A DNA stretch of 64,000 nt. It comes from Thermoplasmata archaeon. Its GTDB lineage: Archaea > Thermoplasmatota > Thermoplasmata > Lutacidiplasmatales > UBA184. Shown in pieces: positions 46,572 to 57,900 of the stretch. The stretch spans positions 2,202 to 66,201 of the forward strand of contig JAJYXQ010000043.1 of assembly GCA_021796385.1 (NCBI GenBank), given 5' to 3'. The notes beneath the pieces are model-generated. The model searched no databases. It was not told the DNA's origin and was given only the letters and a program-made list of their open reading frames with translations. Each line of letters opens with the position of its first letter. Within the stretch, counting starts at the first letter, position 1. Position numbers and translations under genes: made by a program.

Positions 46572-49176
46572 AAAGGAGTACCAGAACGAATTCTTTCGGC
46601 AGAAAGGGTTCGTGCGGCAAACCTGCCGGGGTTGCGGGAGCGCGTTCTGGTCCGAGAGACCCCGCGAGCTCTGTTCTGAGACCCCGTGCACTCCGTATTC
46701 CTTCCCCGGAAACAGTCCTATCCAGAAAAGTTATTCCGCGGATCAGTTTCGAGAGCTCTACCTTCACTACTTCGAACAACGCGGACATACCCGGATCGCT
46801 CGCTACCCTGTGGTTCCGAGGTGGAGGGACGACGTGTTCTTCGTACAGGCGTCTATCTACGATTTTCAGCCCTGGGTGACCTCCGGGGCTGTTGAGCCCC
46901 CCGCAAACCCCCTCGTGATCTCGCAGCCCTGTCTCCGATTCACTGACGTTACCGAAGTTGGAGTTACCCAACGCCACCTCACCAGTTTCGAAATGATGGC
47001 CCATCACTGCTTCAATTACCCCGGTCGAGAAATCTACTTCAAAGACCGAACCGTGGAACTCTGTCACGAGTTCCTCACCTCCGAGCTTGGAGTGGACGGT
47101 ACGATTGTGAGCTACAAAGAAGAGGAATGGGAAGGCGGTGGGGATATGGGCCCGTCCCTTTCGGTTGGCTTGTCCGGGCTTGAGGTTGCCACCTTGGTCT
47201 TCATGCAGTATACCAACAAAGGAGGGGTCGTCCGCCCCTTACCACTCCGTATCGTGGACACGGGATATGGGCTCGAAAGATTCACATGGATCTCCCAAGG
47301 CACGCCCACCATTTACGATGCGGTTTTCGGTGAAGTGTTCCGTGACCTGCCTTCTACGATCGCGCCCAAGGACCTGGCCGTCCTAGTCGACCACTCTCGA
47401 AGCTTCGTCTTAATGCTCACTGACGGGGTCGTCCCGTCCAATGTACATGCCGGTTACCTTGCCAGAATGCTTCTTCGCCGAATGCTTCGGATCCTAGCCC
47501 GATACCCCAACGGAATCGGATTGATCGACGTCATGGAGCAGGTCCGACGTCATCTCTCCCGGACCCTTCCAGGCCTCGACCTCAGTGATCGGACCCTTCG
47601 GCAGATCGTGGAGATCGAGGAACAACGGTTTTCCGAGACCCTAGAGCGCGGGCGTTCCCACATTCGAAAGCTCAAGGAGAAGCTCGACCAAGAAGGTCGA
47701 AAGATCAGTGTCCCGGAACTGCTCACCCTCTATGACTCCCGTGGGATCACCCCGGACATCGTGGAGGAAGAGCTGGGAATGACGGGGCTCAGCCCTCCCG
47801 ACTTCTTCGCCTTGGCAGCCAAATTACACCAGGAGGGAACGGAATCCACCGAAAAGCCAGGCGCACCGGCTGAGGACACTTCTCCACCAGATATGCCCAG
47901 CGACTTGCCCCCGACCCGAGTACTCTACCATACGGACCCTTACACACTGTCCTTTTCCGCAAAGATCGTCTGGGCCTTCGAGTCTTGGGTGGTGCTCGAA
48001 TCGACGTACTTTTACCCCACCGGGGGGGGTCAGATCACCGATACCGGAAAGATCGCAGGCGTTCCAATATCAGAAGTAGTTCGCAAAGGCCCGTGGGTTT
48101 ATCACCGAGTAGCCCCGGGTCACCGCTTTGCCCAGAAGACAGGAGAGACCGTGCCATGTGAGATACTGGGCGCCCGACGGCAGCAACTGATGCAACATCA
48201 CACGGCCACGCACATTCTAAACGGAGCGCTCCGAAGACTGCTAGGCCCTCACGTGTGGCAGGCCGGGGCCTTCAAGGGAATGGAGGAGGCGCGGCTCGAT
48301 GTGACACATTTTCGGAGCCTTACCCCGACCGAACTCCGTAACGTTGAACGTCTGGCCAACCAGGTCATCCGGGAAGATCGGCCAGTGAAGAGCTACTTCC
48401 TGCCTCGGTCCGAGGCCGAGAACAGATTCGGGTTCTCTATCTACCAGGGAGGTGCGGTACCTGGCAAGGAGCTACGCATCGTGGAGATCGACGGCTTCGA
48501 TGTCGAAGCCTGCGGAGGCACCCATTGTACGCATACCTCCGAAGCCGGGTACCTACGGGTACTTTCGACAGAGCGGATACAGGACGGCATGGTCCGCTTG
48601 CATTTTGCTGCTGGCGAACGCGCGCTCGATATCGTAGATGAGCAGGCGGAGATCCTACACGGGCTCTCCGTGAAGCTTGCGCAGCCGATAACCAACATTC
48701 CGCGTGCTGTCGATGAGCTTCTCGAGAAGAAGCGGCTGGATGAGAGGGCAACCCGGAAGAATTCTTCTCGGGAACTGGCCGACCTCGCCCGCAGGTTAGA
48801 GACTGACCCGTCTCACGCTATCGACCTTGGCAATTCGATCCGTGCGATCTGGTCCGTTACCCCAGTGGCCGTCAGCCAGCTTCAGGACCTGGCCCGATTG
48901 CTTTCCTCCCGTCCGGGCACCATCGTGCTCCTTGCGGCCATCGAGGGTGACCGCTGGACCCTTTTCTTCGCTTCAGGGTCTCCCGACCGATTCTCAGCGA
49001 GGGACCTTTTGGATGGGGTGCTTAGGATCTGGCCGGGAAAGGGAGGGGGCAATGCCTCAGCGGCACGCGCGTCCGGGCCCGCCCAAGGGAATCCTGAGTC
49101 CCTCCTAGAGTCGGCGCTCACTGTAGCCCGTTCCTTGGCTTCGGAGAAGATGAGCGGAGCGAGAGCGGCGGTTTAA
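46564..49176 (+). CDS. alaS: Alanine--tRNA ligase (archaeal type)
   Basis: YPVVPRWRDD, ASIYDFQP.V, DTGYGLER, HHTATH...CGGTH. Confidence 0.97.
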   Translation: MDEKEYQNEFFRQKGFVRQTCRGCGSAFWSERPRELCSETPCTPYSFPGNSPIQKSYSADQFRELYLHYFEQRGHTRIARYPVVPRWRDDVFFVQASIYDFQPWVTSGAVEPPANPLVISQPCLRFTDVTEVGVTQRHLTSFEMMAHHCFNYPGREIYFKDRTVELCHEFLTSELGVDGTIVSYKEEEWEGGGDMGPSLSVGLSGLEVATLVFMQYTNKGGVVRPLPLRIVDTGYGLERFTWISQGTPTIYDAVFGEVFRDLPSTIAPKDLAVLVDHSRSFVLMLTDGVVPSNVHAGYLARMLLRRMLRILARYPNGIGLIDVMEQVRRHLSRTLPGLDLSDRTLRQIVEIEEQRFSETLERGRSHIRKLKEKLDQEGRKISVPELLTLYDSRGITPDIVEEELGMTGLSPPDFFALAAKLHQEGTESTEKPGAPAEDTSPPDMPSDLPPTRVLYHTDPYTLSFSAKIVWAFESWVVLESTYFYPTGGGQITDTGKIAGVPISEVVRKGPWVYHRVAPGHRFAQKTGETVPCEILGARRQQLMQHHTATHILNGALRRLLGPHVWQAGAFKGMEEARLDVTHFRSLTPTELRNVERLANQVIREDRPVKSYFLPRSEAENRFGFSIYQGGAVPGKELRIVEIDGFDVEACGGTHCTHTSEAGYLRVLSTERIQDGMVRLHFAAGERALDIVDEQAEILHGLSVKLAQPITNIPRAVDELLEKKRLDERATRKNSSRELADLARRLETDPSHAIDLGNSIRAIWSVTPVAVSQLQDLARLLSSRPGTIVLLAAIEGDRWTLFFASGSPDRFSARDLLDGVLRIWPGKGGGNASAARASGPAQGNPESLLESALTVARSLASEKMSGARAAV

Positions 49177-49190
49177 TATAAGGCGAAAGT

Positions 49191-50777
49191 ATGGCAGGAG
49201 CCGAGGGAGATCCTACGATGGAGTCGGGTGTGGTTCAAACGGCGATACCTCCGGAGCTGATATCATTCTTAGGAGGGGCAGGCGGCAGGAGTCTTATCGT
49301 CAAGGGAGGGGCAGGTACCGGAAAGACCACATTTTGTCTCGAGGTCCTCGAGAAGGTCGGGAAGAAGGGGCAGAGCTTCTATCTTTCTACCCGAGTCTCC
49401 GATGACGCACTATATCACCAGTTCCCCTGGCTCAAACAGACCGAGATGCGCACCCGAATTTTCGACTCCGGTAAGATCCTTCTCGATATGCTTGTTGGGC
49501 GGGACTCGGCTCGCTCCTCTCAGGAACCTTCACCTGACCAGAAAGCCAAGGTCTCGGGAGCTCGGGACTTCTTGAAGAGCATAGGCGGTGAAGGCGAGCG
49601 CCCAACGAAGGTGGACCGCGCCCGGCTGACTGCTCTGATGCAGCACACCCGGATGCCGGAAGTGGAACACGTCTACGACCGGATCGAGAAAGTGCTTCCT
49701 GAGAAGTCACTCCTCGTGGTCGATTCCCTTGAGGGCATCACGCACCGCTACGGCCTCGAGATGGAGGAGTTTGTCATGTGCCTTCAAAAGGACCTGGTGG
49801 AAAACTCCAATACCAACGTCATTCTCGTCCTGGAGAAGGCAGAAGCCGGCGGGATAGAATACTTGGTGGACGGTTTGGTCTCTCTCAGCCGGGAAGAGGT
49901 GGACGAGCGCCGGATCCGTCACGTGCGTTTCGACAAGCTCCGGGCGACGAACATTTCCAAACCCCGGTATGCCGCCACCCTATCGCAAGGGAGGTTCCGA
50001 GCGTTAGGTGGACTGCATTCCCGGGCCAGCAACAATGGTCACGCCGGTTCATCCCGCCAGTGGCAGGCAATCCCCGACTCTCCTACGCACTTTTCGAGCG
50101 GTGTACCCGACATCGATGCGCTCATGGGTGGGGGTTACAAGCGGGGCTCGTACAACGCCTTTGACATTGACATCAACGTCTCGATCGATGATTACTACCA
50201 TCTGTTCATACCCACCTTCCTGAACTTCCTGGCCCAGGGTCGGGGGATGATGGGCGTCCTCGCCGGTGGGGAGTATCCCGATCGGCTCAAGGAACTCATC
50301 ACACAACACCTGCCATCGAACATCTTTGACTCCCGGGTGAGGATCATCGATTACACAGCGACAGAGCAGACCTCGCCGTACATCCTTCCCTTCGGGCGGA
50401 TAAGGAGCAGCGCAGATGCCCAACGGGCCTACGAAGAGATTGAGCGGGCCGTGCGTGGCGGCCAGGACAAGAACCCTTACATCGAGTACACGGCGTTCGA
50501 TACCCTCGAGTATCAACAGGGGGACAACATGGCCATTACAGGGCTCTTTCAAGCCGTCCAGCGGACTAAGATCATGGGCAACCTCGGGATCGGACTGCTC
50601 AAGCCTGGTCTTATGGTGACCTCGGAGATCATCAACATGATGGATACATACTTCCGGGTAGTGAACATCGATGATTCTCCATGCATCTATGGTATCCGGC
50701 CAAGGACACTAATTTACGCTATCGGGATCGATGAGCAACGGGGTGCGCCCCATGTATCCCTCACTCCGATCGTGTGA
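49191..50777 (+). CDS. GvpD-like two-domain RecA/KaiC-superfamily ATPase
   Basis: KGGAGTGKT, LVVDS, YLVDG.V.L, KLR; second degenerate domain SSG.PD.D.LMGGG. Confidence 0.82.
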   Translation: MAGAEGDPTMESGVVQTAIPPELISFLGGAGGRSLIVKGGAGTGKTTFCLEVLEKVGKKGQSFYLSTRVSDDALYHQFPWLKQTEMRTRIFDSGKILLDMLVGRDSARSSQEPSPDQKAKVSGARDFLKSIGGEGERPTKVDRARLTALMQHTRMPEVEHVYDRIEKVLPEKSLLVVDSLEGITHRYGLEMEEFVMCLQKDLVENSNTNVILVLEKAEAGGIEYLVDGLVSLSREEVDERRIRHVRFDKLRATNISKPRYAATLSQGRFRALGGLHSRASNNGHAGSSRQWQAIPDSPTHFSSGVPDIDALMGGGYKRGSYNAFDIDINVSIDDYYHLFIPTFLNFLAQGRGMMGVLAGGEYPDRLKELITQHLPSNIFDSRVRIIDYTATEQTSPYILPFGRIRSSADAQRAYEEIERAVRGGQDKNPYIEYTAFDTLEYQQGDNMAITGLFQAVQRTKIMGNLGIGLLKPGLMVTSEIINMMDTYFRVVNIDDSPCIYGIRPRTLIYAIGIDEQRGAPHVSLTPIV

Positions 50778-51253
50778 TCACGGCGAGGGTCTGCATGGCC
50801 GCCCTCGGTCCTCACCTTGGCAGCCCGAGTAACCCATCCGTTGCCCTAGAGCATGCCGCGTCCTCAATCCGATCGGCGTACGGCCCTTCGGTCCGAACGG
50901 CGCCGACACAGAATCGTTGGGAATGTTATCACCGAGTATCGGTAGAGACCAGTGCAAAGCTTTACTGCCCCGAGATTGGGCTGTTCACGGTGAACCACGG
51001 ACTCACGGCCGTCCTGGCAAGTGGACGAAGAAAGGATTCGTACCTGTCCGGTTGGCTCCCGCTCGAACAACCGCTTTCTTTGGCTCCCTTGTCCGATTTC
51101 GCTCCTGAGACGTTTCAGTGGGCTGACGCGGCCAGGAACCTCCTTCTCCGGACCAAGGAGATCCCACAGGCATCTCTTTCGACCATCCAAGCTCTTCCGG
51201 CAGCCCGTTGGCAAAGGGATGTCGACAATGGGACGATCGAGGCATTCAATTGA
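50774..51253 (+). CDS. Hypothetical protein
   Basis: Overlaps both neighbours by 4 nt in operon-like fashion. Confidence 0.5.
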   Translation: MITARVCMAALGPHLGSPSNPSVALEHAASSIRSAYGPSVRTAPTQNRWECYHRVSVETSAKLYCPEIGLFTVNHGLTAVLASGRRKDSYLSGWLPLEQPLSLAPLSDFAPETFQWADAARNLLLRTKEIPQASLSTIQALPAARWQRDVDNGTIEAFN

Positions 51254-52203
51254 AAGACGCTGCAACACGTATTCAAGACATAGAGCGGGCGATAGAATCC
51301 GAGCTCCCTGGGGATACCCGGGCCATCGCCGCCGTTTCAGGGGGTATCGATAGCACGGTCGCGGCGTTGCTCGTGGCCCGTGTCGTTGGCCAACGGCTAC
51401 GTCCCTTGTTTGTGGACACAGGCCTTCTTCGCCAAGGGGAGGCGGAGAAGGTGCTCGATACGGTCCGGCGTTCGGGACTTTCTCTTGAGCTCATCGATGC
51501 CCGAGAAGAGTTCTTCCAAACTCTGAAAGGGGTGGTCGACCCAGAGGAAAAGCGCAGTCGGATCGGCGAGGCCTTCATCCGAGTCTTCGAAAAGGAGTCG
51601 GCCCGTACCGGCGCCACCCACCTCGTTCAGGGGACCATTGCCCCTGACTGGATCGAGAGCGGAGGTGGTATGCGGGACACAATCAAAAAGCACCACAATG
51701 TGGGGGGGTTGCCGAAGGACATGCGGCTCAAGGTGGTCGAGCCGCTGCGCGATCTTTACAAGGATGAGGTCCGCGCGATTGCTGCGCAGTTGGGTATCCC
51801 GGATTCGCACCGGCAACCGTTTCCGGGACCGGGCCTCGCCGTCCGTGTCCTTGGCGAAGTGACGGTGGACCGTGTGGAAACCCTCCGAAAGGCGACGGCT
51901 GTCGTCGAAGAGATGGTCGAGCGGGCCGTGGCGCAAGGCAAGCTCTCGGCTCCCTGGCAGTATTTCGCGGTGCTTCTCCCCGTGCAAAGCACGGGCGTGA
52001 TCGGGGACAACCGAACCTACGCGAACACCATTGCCGTACGGTTGGTCGAATCGACCGATGCCATGTCGGCGACAGCCTCCAATCCACCTGCTTGGCTCTT
52101 GCGAGAGATGTCGGAGCGGATCACGCGCGAGCTTTCGGGTAAGATCAACCGGGTGGTCTACGATATCACGGACAAACCCCCCGCGACGATCGAGTGGGAG
52201 TAA
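51250..52203 (+). CDS. guaAB: GMP synthase subunit B (ATPPase)
   Basis: SGGIDS, IKKHHNVGGLP, RQPFPGPGLAVR, KPPATIEWE. Confidence 0.96.
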   Translation: MKDAATRIQDIERAIESELPGDTRAIAAVSGGIDSTVAALLVARVVGQRLRPLFVDTGLLRQGEAEKVLDTVRRSGLSLELIDAREEFFQTLKGVVDPEEKRSRIGEAFIRVFEKESARTGATHLVQGTIAPDWIESGGGMRDTIKKHHNVGGLPKDMRLKVVEPLRDLYKDEVRAIAAQLGIPDSHRQPFPGPGLAVRVLGEVTVDRVETLRKATAVVEEMVERAVAQGKLSAPWQYFAVLLPVQSTGVIGDNRTYANTIAVRLVESTDAMSATASNPPAWLLREMSERITRELSGKINRVVYDITDKPPATIEWE

Positions 52204-52318
52204 GGGACCCGCGGTCGCCCTTTGATGGAGGCCCGGGTCCGTCAGGTCCCTAATCCGGGTCTATGGGGTTAAGGGTGGGTTCAACGGGTTCACACCCGCT
52301 GGATCAGGCACCCAAGCC

Positions 52319-52846
52319 TCAGCCGGCCAGAGCACTACTGAACCAGGCGCGTGTCGGGGCGTCCACGTCCTGCTGCCAGAACAGTGCGTTGAGCTCCCCG
52401 CGGTGCTGGAGTTCCTCCTCGACCACGTGCCAGATGATCGTGCGAAGGTTCATCTGCATCTCGAACGGCTTACCATTGCCTTGGGTGCCACGGATGACGT
52501 AGCGTTGATTCAAGCGGGTCGGGGTCAAGGACCTAGCGAGACGACGACTCGATTGAGCCACCCGACGAGCCTGCCGCCGTATCTCGGCGTCGCTCAGGGA
52601 CCCCTTGATTTCGCGATGTGTTTCCTGGCGCCCGTTCGGCACGCTGTCGAACCACCAAGCGTTGTTGTCGAGGATATGGAGGAAGATATCCTGCATCGAC
52701 GGAAACGAGGCGCCCCGGTCGCGAAGGCGCTCCTTCCGGGGCAGCCGAAGCAGAGAGTCGAGGTAGTCCCGCCGGGTGTTGACCAACCAATCCACCCACG
52801 CCCGCGCCAGCTCGATCTCGTCTACCATTTTGGTCTTCCGGCCCAT
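52319..52846 (-). CDS. DinB family protein
   Basis: S..DIFLH...W; IIWHVVEEELQHRGEL. Confidence 0.85.
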   Translation of the reverse strand: MGRKTKMVDEIELARAWVDWLVNTRRDYLDSLLRLPRKERLRDRGASFPSMQDIFLHILDNNAWWFDSVPNGRQETHREIKGSLSDAEIRRQARRVAQSSRRLARSLTPTRLNQRYVIRGTQGNGKPFEMQMNLRTIIWHVVEEELQHRGELNALFWQQDVDAPTRAWFSSALAG

Positions 52847-52850
52847 GCGT

Positions 52851-53249
52851 TCACTCCTTCGGGAAGTGCGAGATCTCCCAGAGATTCCCTTCCGGATCCT
52901 CAAAGAACGCGAAGCGCTGACCATTTGGACGGGTGGCGGGGGGTTGCAGGAACTTGACTCCCTTTGCCCGCAGTGTTTCGTACTCCCGGTCCGCGTCTTC
53001 CAGAAATACAGCGAAATAGTTCCGCACCAGCGGACTTTGGTCCGCTCGGATTCGTTCGGGCGGGAGTTCCTTCGCCAATCCCTTCGCCCCAATGATCGCT
53101 AATACCGGAGACCCCTTCTTGGGGAATGACAGGTACGCTTCCTCCTCATCCATCATGTCGACCTTTAGGCCCACCATATCCCGGTAGAATTCGGCGCACT
53201 TCTTGACATCGCGCACAGTGAGTGCGAATGCGTTCAGATGGTCGATCAT
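52851..53249 (-). CDS. VOC/glyoxalase family protein
   Basis: LTVRDV....FYRD.VG, FFEDPEGNLWEI. Confidence 0.9.
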   Translation of the reverse strand: MIDHLNAFALTVRDVKKCAEFYRDMVGLKVDMMDEEEAYLSFPKKGSPVLAIIGAKGLAKELPPERIRADQSPLVRNYFAVFLEDADREYETLRAKGVKFLQPPATRPNGQRFAFFEDPEGNLWEISHFPKE

Positions 53250-53769
53250 AGCGAGCGGGAAGCGCGCTTCTCCATATAAAGAAGCTAGGGTAAGAGCGAC
53301 AACTTTGCCGAGAAGCGAGCATTTGGGATATTCCCAGGGCAATCGTTTGCTCCTTCAAGATATCCCGGGACCGCATTATCTTGGGGTCTACTTCATCTCT
53401 ATGGGTTCCGGTTGGCCCCCTTCCCGATTGGTGGCCGCCGCCCGCGCCTCCGCATTCACGTTCGTGGGTGTAGGCCGGAGGCTGTTCATCATATTCATTT
53501 CTTGGCTCGTACCCCGAGTAAGGCGTACTGATGGGGAGCGAAGACTCTGGGGGGAGGGGAGCGAACCACAGTGGTAGACCACGTCTAAAGCTGGATTTGA
53601 TGGAATGAAAGGAGCCTAACTATTCTTGTGGCTGAATCTGGCGCAAGTCATCCTAGCGTGAGGGGGAGGCTGTGGTGGCGAAGATTCCTTCCCGAAGACG
53701 CAACTCCACCGTTCAAGTTCGACCGAGGACGCACGATCGCCATTCCGCGCGGTTAGTGTACTGTTAGAG

Positions 53770-54963
53770 TTACTTTCGAGGTATGTGAAGCGGCTTTCGA
53801 TTATCGGGGGTACGGAAGTCCATCCGCGGCATCACTACCTCCCGCCGGCACTCAAGGCGGGAGCGGAACTTCTCTAGGTCGGTCAGGATCTCCGTGAGTG
53901 ATTGCCGCAGCGACCGACTGTGGCGATACCCAAGTTTTAGAAGGTTCTCGTGGTGCGGGTTATAGTAGTGCTCCTCCGCCTCTACCCGGGGATTGTATGA
54001 ATTGTGGATCTCGGCTTCCCGGTGAAGGTCTTCCTTGGTGGCCGTGACGACCATCTTGGCGAGCTCAGTCACAGAATAGGATTCATCGAACTGATTGAAC
54101 ACACGGTACTCCCCTTGGGTCGCCGGGTTTTCCACCGCCAGTGTGAGGCTCTGCATAGAATCCTCCAATGCAATGAACCCCCGTTTTTGGTGTCCCTTTC
54201 CATAGGGTGTTAGCGGAAGGCCAAGCACAGCCTGAACACAGAAACGGTTGAGGGCAGTGCCCCACACCTCATCAAAGTCGAACCGGGTGAGAAAGTCTGG
54301 CCGGTCAATGTCCGGGGTTCGGGTGCCGTAGATAATTCCCTGCATCACGTCGGTCGCAGCGATGCCCCAAAGGCGATTGGCCAGCATGACGTCCCCAGTA
54401 TCGAATACCTTGGACCAATGGTACCAACTCGAAGCTTGGCGGGGGAAAGGGACCCGGTCCTTGCGCCCGAGGTACTCCACTTCGAAGAATCCCTCGGCAA
54501 TATCGATGTTCGGAGTCCCGTACTCTCCCATCGTACCCATTTTCACGAGGTGAGTCTTTGGGGACTCCTCCCGTATCGCGTACAGGATGTGTAGCGTGCT
54601 GGTGACGTTCTGCACCTGGGTTTCGACCGCATGATGCACATCGATCATGGAATACGGGGCGGAACGCTGTTCTCCAAGATGGACGATGGCGTCCGGCTTC
54701 TCCTTCCGCACCACTTTGCGGACAAACTCCCAGTGGCAAAGGTCCCCGCGATAGAACCGAAGGGTCTTCCCCAATTGTTTTCGCACGGCCTGGACCCGTC
54801 GGGGCATCGAAGCGATCGGAGTGGCACTGTGACTTCCGACCTCCGCCACCCGCTTGCGCGTGATCAAATTGTCGATACCCGATACGTCATGCCCCCGGTT
54901 CAGGAGATGAAGGGCAAGCGGCCAGCCTGAGTAGCCGTCGACACCGGTGATGAGGACTCTCAT
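53770..54963 (-). CDS. sqdB: UDP-sulfoquinovose synthase (SqdB/Agl3)
   Basis: GVDGYSGW, EQRSAPYSMID, KMGTMGEYGTPN, GTALNRFC, NPRVEAEEHYYN. Confidence 0.93.
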   Translation of the reverse strand: MRVLITGVDGYSGWPLALHLLNRGHDVSGIDNLITRKRVAEVGSHSATPIASMPRRVQAVRKQLGKTLRFYRGDLCHWEFVRKVVRKEKPDAIVHLGEQRSAPYSMIDVHHAVETQVQNVTSTLHILYAIREESPKTHLVKMGTMGEYGTPNIDIAEGFFEVEYLGRKDRVPFPRQASSWYHWSKVFDTGDVMLANRLWGIAATDVMQGIIYGTRTPDIDRPDFLTRFDFDEVWGTALNRFCVQAVLGLPLTPYGKGHQKRGFIALEDSMQSLTLAVENPATQGEYRVFNQFDESYSVTELAKMVVTATKEDLHREAEIHNSYNPRVEAEEHYYNPHHENLLKLGYRHSRSLRQSLTEILTDLEKFRSRLECRREVVMPRMDFRTPDNRKPLHIPRK

Positions 54964-54970
54964 CTTCGGA

Positions 54971-57900
54971 CTATCGGGTTACTGCACCGCAGAAGGGACA
55001 GAGCAACATCGATTCGTTTATGCTCCGGCCACAAGATGGGCAAGCTTTCATCCCAGGCCCAGCGGGACCCGTCGGGCCTGCGGGCGGAGCTTCCGTGGCA
55101 GGAGGTTGTTGAGGCATCCTTTGGCCCTGGGTAGACGGGGGAGAGGGAGCCATTGGTTGACCCATCTGCGCCTGTGGCGGTGCACCACCCTGCCCTTTGC
55201 GGCCCTTCATCTTCGCCGCAGCGGCGTCTGGAGCGGAACCACCTGTGGCACCGGAAACCGCCATCTGCTGCTTCCACGTGGTGAAGGGGACATAGGTTGG
55301 CTGGCGTTTCCACCAGTCCCAGAACGCCCCCTCGTTGTAGTTCTCCGCCAACTCCTTCTGTGCCACGACCCGGAACCGTTGGGTGAAAGTGTTGTAATCC
55401 GCAGCCATGGGATCTGGTTTGAGCCCGACCAGAAGTGCGGAGCAATCAGGGCAAACAGAGCTGTTCGACGGGATAGACGCACCACAGCGGCTGCAGCGCA
55501 TGAGTTCCTTCTCAAACTCGGCTCCACATTTGGGACAGGCAACAGCGCTCTCCGGGATCAATTCACCACATTCTCCACACTCGACAAGGTTCCCACGTCC
55601 CAGGCGTCGGAAGAAGAAGAGCACCAAGGCAACGGCCACGACCGCGATGGCAGCGATAACGAGCCAAAGCCAATACTGCTGGAGGAAGCTCGCTTGGGAC
55701 ACTGCAGGGACATACGCTACCACCCCATTCTGGAGAGCGGGGGCTGTGATATAAGTCGTGTTTCCAAGGAGGGTGAACTTAAGGACGAGACTATACGTCC
55801 CTGGTTGCAGGCACGTCAAAGGAACTCGGAAGGAGGGCAGCGGGGACGTTCCGTTCTGAACGTTAGGAGAACCGGCCGAAACGGTACAGTTGGAACCGAG
55901 CGTCTTGTCGACGTACGACACATACATGGATGCAACGTAGGGATTTACCAGCGTAGCGGTCGTTTGGATGACAAGCTCTGGGACGGAGGTTGCCGACAAA
56001 TCGACTTTCGTCGGCGTGAAGCTAACAGGGGAGAGCTGGATGGATGGGGGGCGTATGTATACGTTAAACGAGTATGAGAAATTAAAGTTCTCCACTCCGT
56101 AGATGTACGTGTTCGACCAACGGACGACCAGGTCGAAGGTGTACAGGCCGACATTGCTTCCGATTACGGTAGAATTGATGTGCCAGATAGGCATCAGAAC
56201 ATCGACGGAAGTGGGGGAGTAACCAATCGCCCCGAGGGTCCGCTCCGACACGGGGATCAATCGGGAGCTATTCTGAAGGTACAGCGTTGCATTCGCTGCG
56301 GATGTCGCACCACCGACGTTCTCCATGATTGCGGTCGCACCGATTCCGGTCCCCACCCCAAAGGGTGAGTATTGCGGGCTCTGGGCCACTTCAGATGCAT
56401 TGAGTTTGAACGTGCCGCTCGAATTGGTGTAGGTGGCTCCAGCCACACTGTAAAGCTGACCGTTGGCCCCCACACTTTGCAGCGTAAAGTTTGCCGAAGG
56501 ATTGTTGAGGACCAAGGTGGTATAATCCTCGAATGACGCGGTTTGAGAGATATTGAAGAACACTCGGTTGTAGGTGATCGGTGGCAAGAGCGGTGTCTCC
56601 ACATGCATTTGGATGGCACCGAGGAACGTGCTCGTGGTGATCAAGAGGGAACCATTCACAGTAGCACTTCCCCCGGCCGGCACAGTGCGGCTCACCGGAA
56701 CTCCGATCGGGGTCGAGCCGTTCCAAGAAAGGGAAAGGGTGGCCGTGACTCCGGCATCGCCAGTGTTCGTAACGGTCCCATCTATATTCACCCTGTTACA
56801 GGTGTTGGCCAAGGCAAGGGTGATAGGTTGACCGTTACATGCATCATAAACCGTAATGACTGCCTCGGAAGGTAGTATCTGGGGGGCCTTGTAGACGTTG
56901 TAGGGCAACGACATCGTCTTACCAATCGTGCCGTTTTCTGGCGCCACGTGCATTGGGTCAACAACGACCTGGATCGTGTGAGAGCCGGAATCGCTGTACG
57001 GGATCGTCACCGAAATGGATTGGGATTGTTGGGCGGGGCTCGAAATGTCGAAGTTGTAGAGCATCTCACCGAGGGTGGTGTTTGTAGTGCCATACAGGTC
57101 GTAGACGTATACCGGGATGGCCTGCTGGTCTGCTACGATAAGGTTGTTGACATCGTCGACTGTAACGTTGACGTCCACGCTATTGCCTTCGAAGACGTAA
57201 CAGCTCGAAGTACACCCAAATACACCCTGGGTCCCGAGTGAGATGGACTGCACCTGAACGTTGGCTGTGAAGAGTTCAAGCGAAACCGGGGCAAGTATCG
57301 TCAGGCCACACCCGGCGCTGGACCGCGGCCAACCGCACAGCGGTGGCGAGCGAGCAAAGCCGCTTCCTTTCTGCACGGAAGAACCGTTCAAATAGGTGAG
57401 TTTGCCGTTAAAGGTGACATTGTAGAGCCCTCCCACGTAAAGTCCATCGGGCAGAGAACCGAGCGTTACGTATGAGGTTCCGAGGGCAAGCAGCGCCTGT
57501 CCATTCTGTTGTGTCACCCCGTACTGGGCTACCGGCGCTGCCACAGAGTCAACGGCTGCGCGGAAGATCGCTGGGAAGAGGCTGGGGTTCGACGAAGCGT
57601 TAGCAAGGGCGGAAATTGTCGAATTGGAAACCATCGAGGTGGCCTGGACTTGGGCCCCCGGGAGAGGTGCTCCAGTGGTTCCTAGGGCCGTGACACGGGC
57701 CCAGTCATAAACCCAGTAAGAACTGGATGCATCCACTTCGAAGGCATCTTGCTCACCACAGGAAGGCACGGTCTGGTTCAGCCAGGTGAGATACGAGCTC
57801 GAGTTCAGCAGGTCCCCTTGAGAACCGCCCAAAAAGAACAGCTTGTTGGAGTCTGCGGGAATGACGCAAGTGGAGTTGGCGTAGTTCACATCGAAGGTCG

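Noticed and set aside
49191-50777. Gas vesicle gene cluster
   Set aside because: Only a GvpD-like ATPase; no gvpA-type structural genes
52204-53769. Genomic island at the guaA 3' end (DinB, VOC, possible gene debris)
   Set aside because: No integrase and no duplicated guaA end visible
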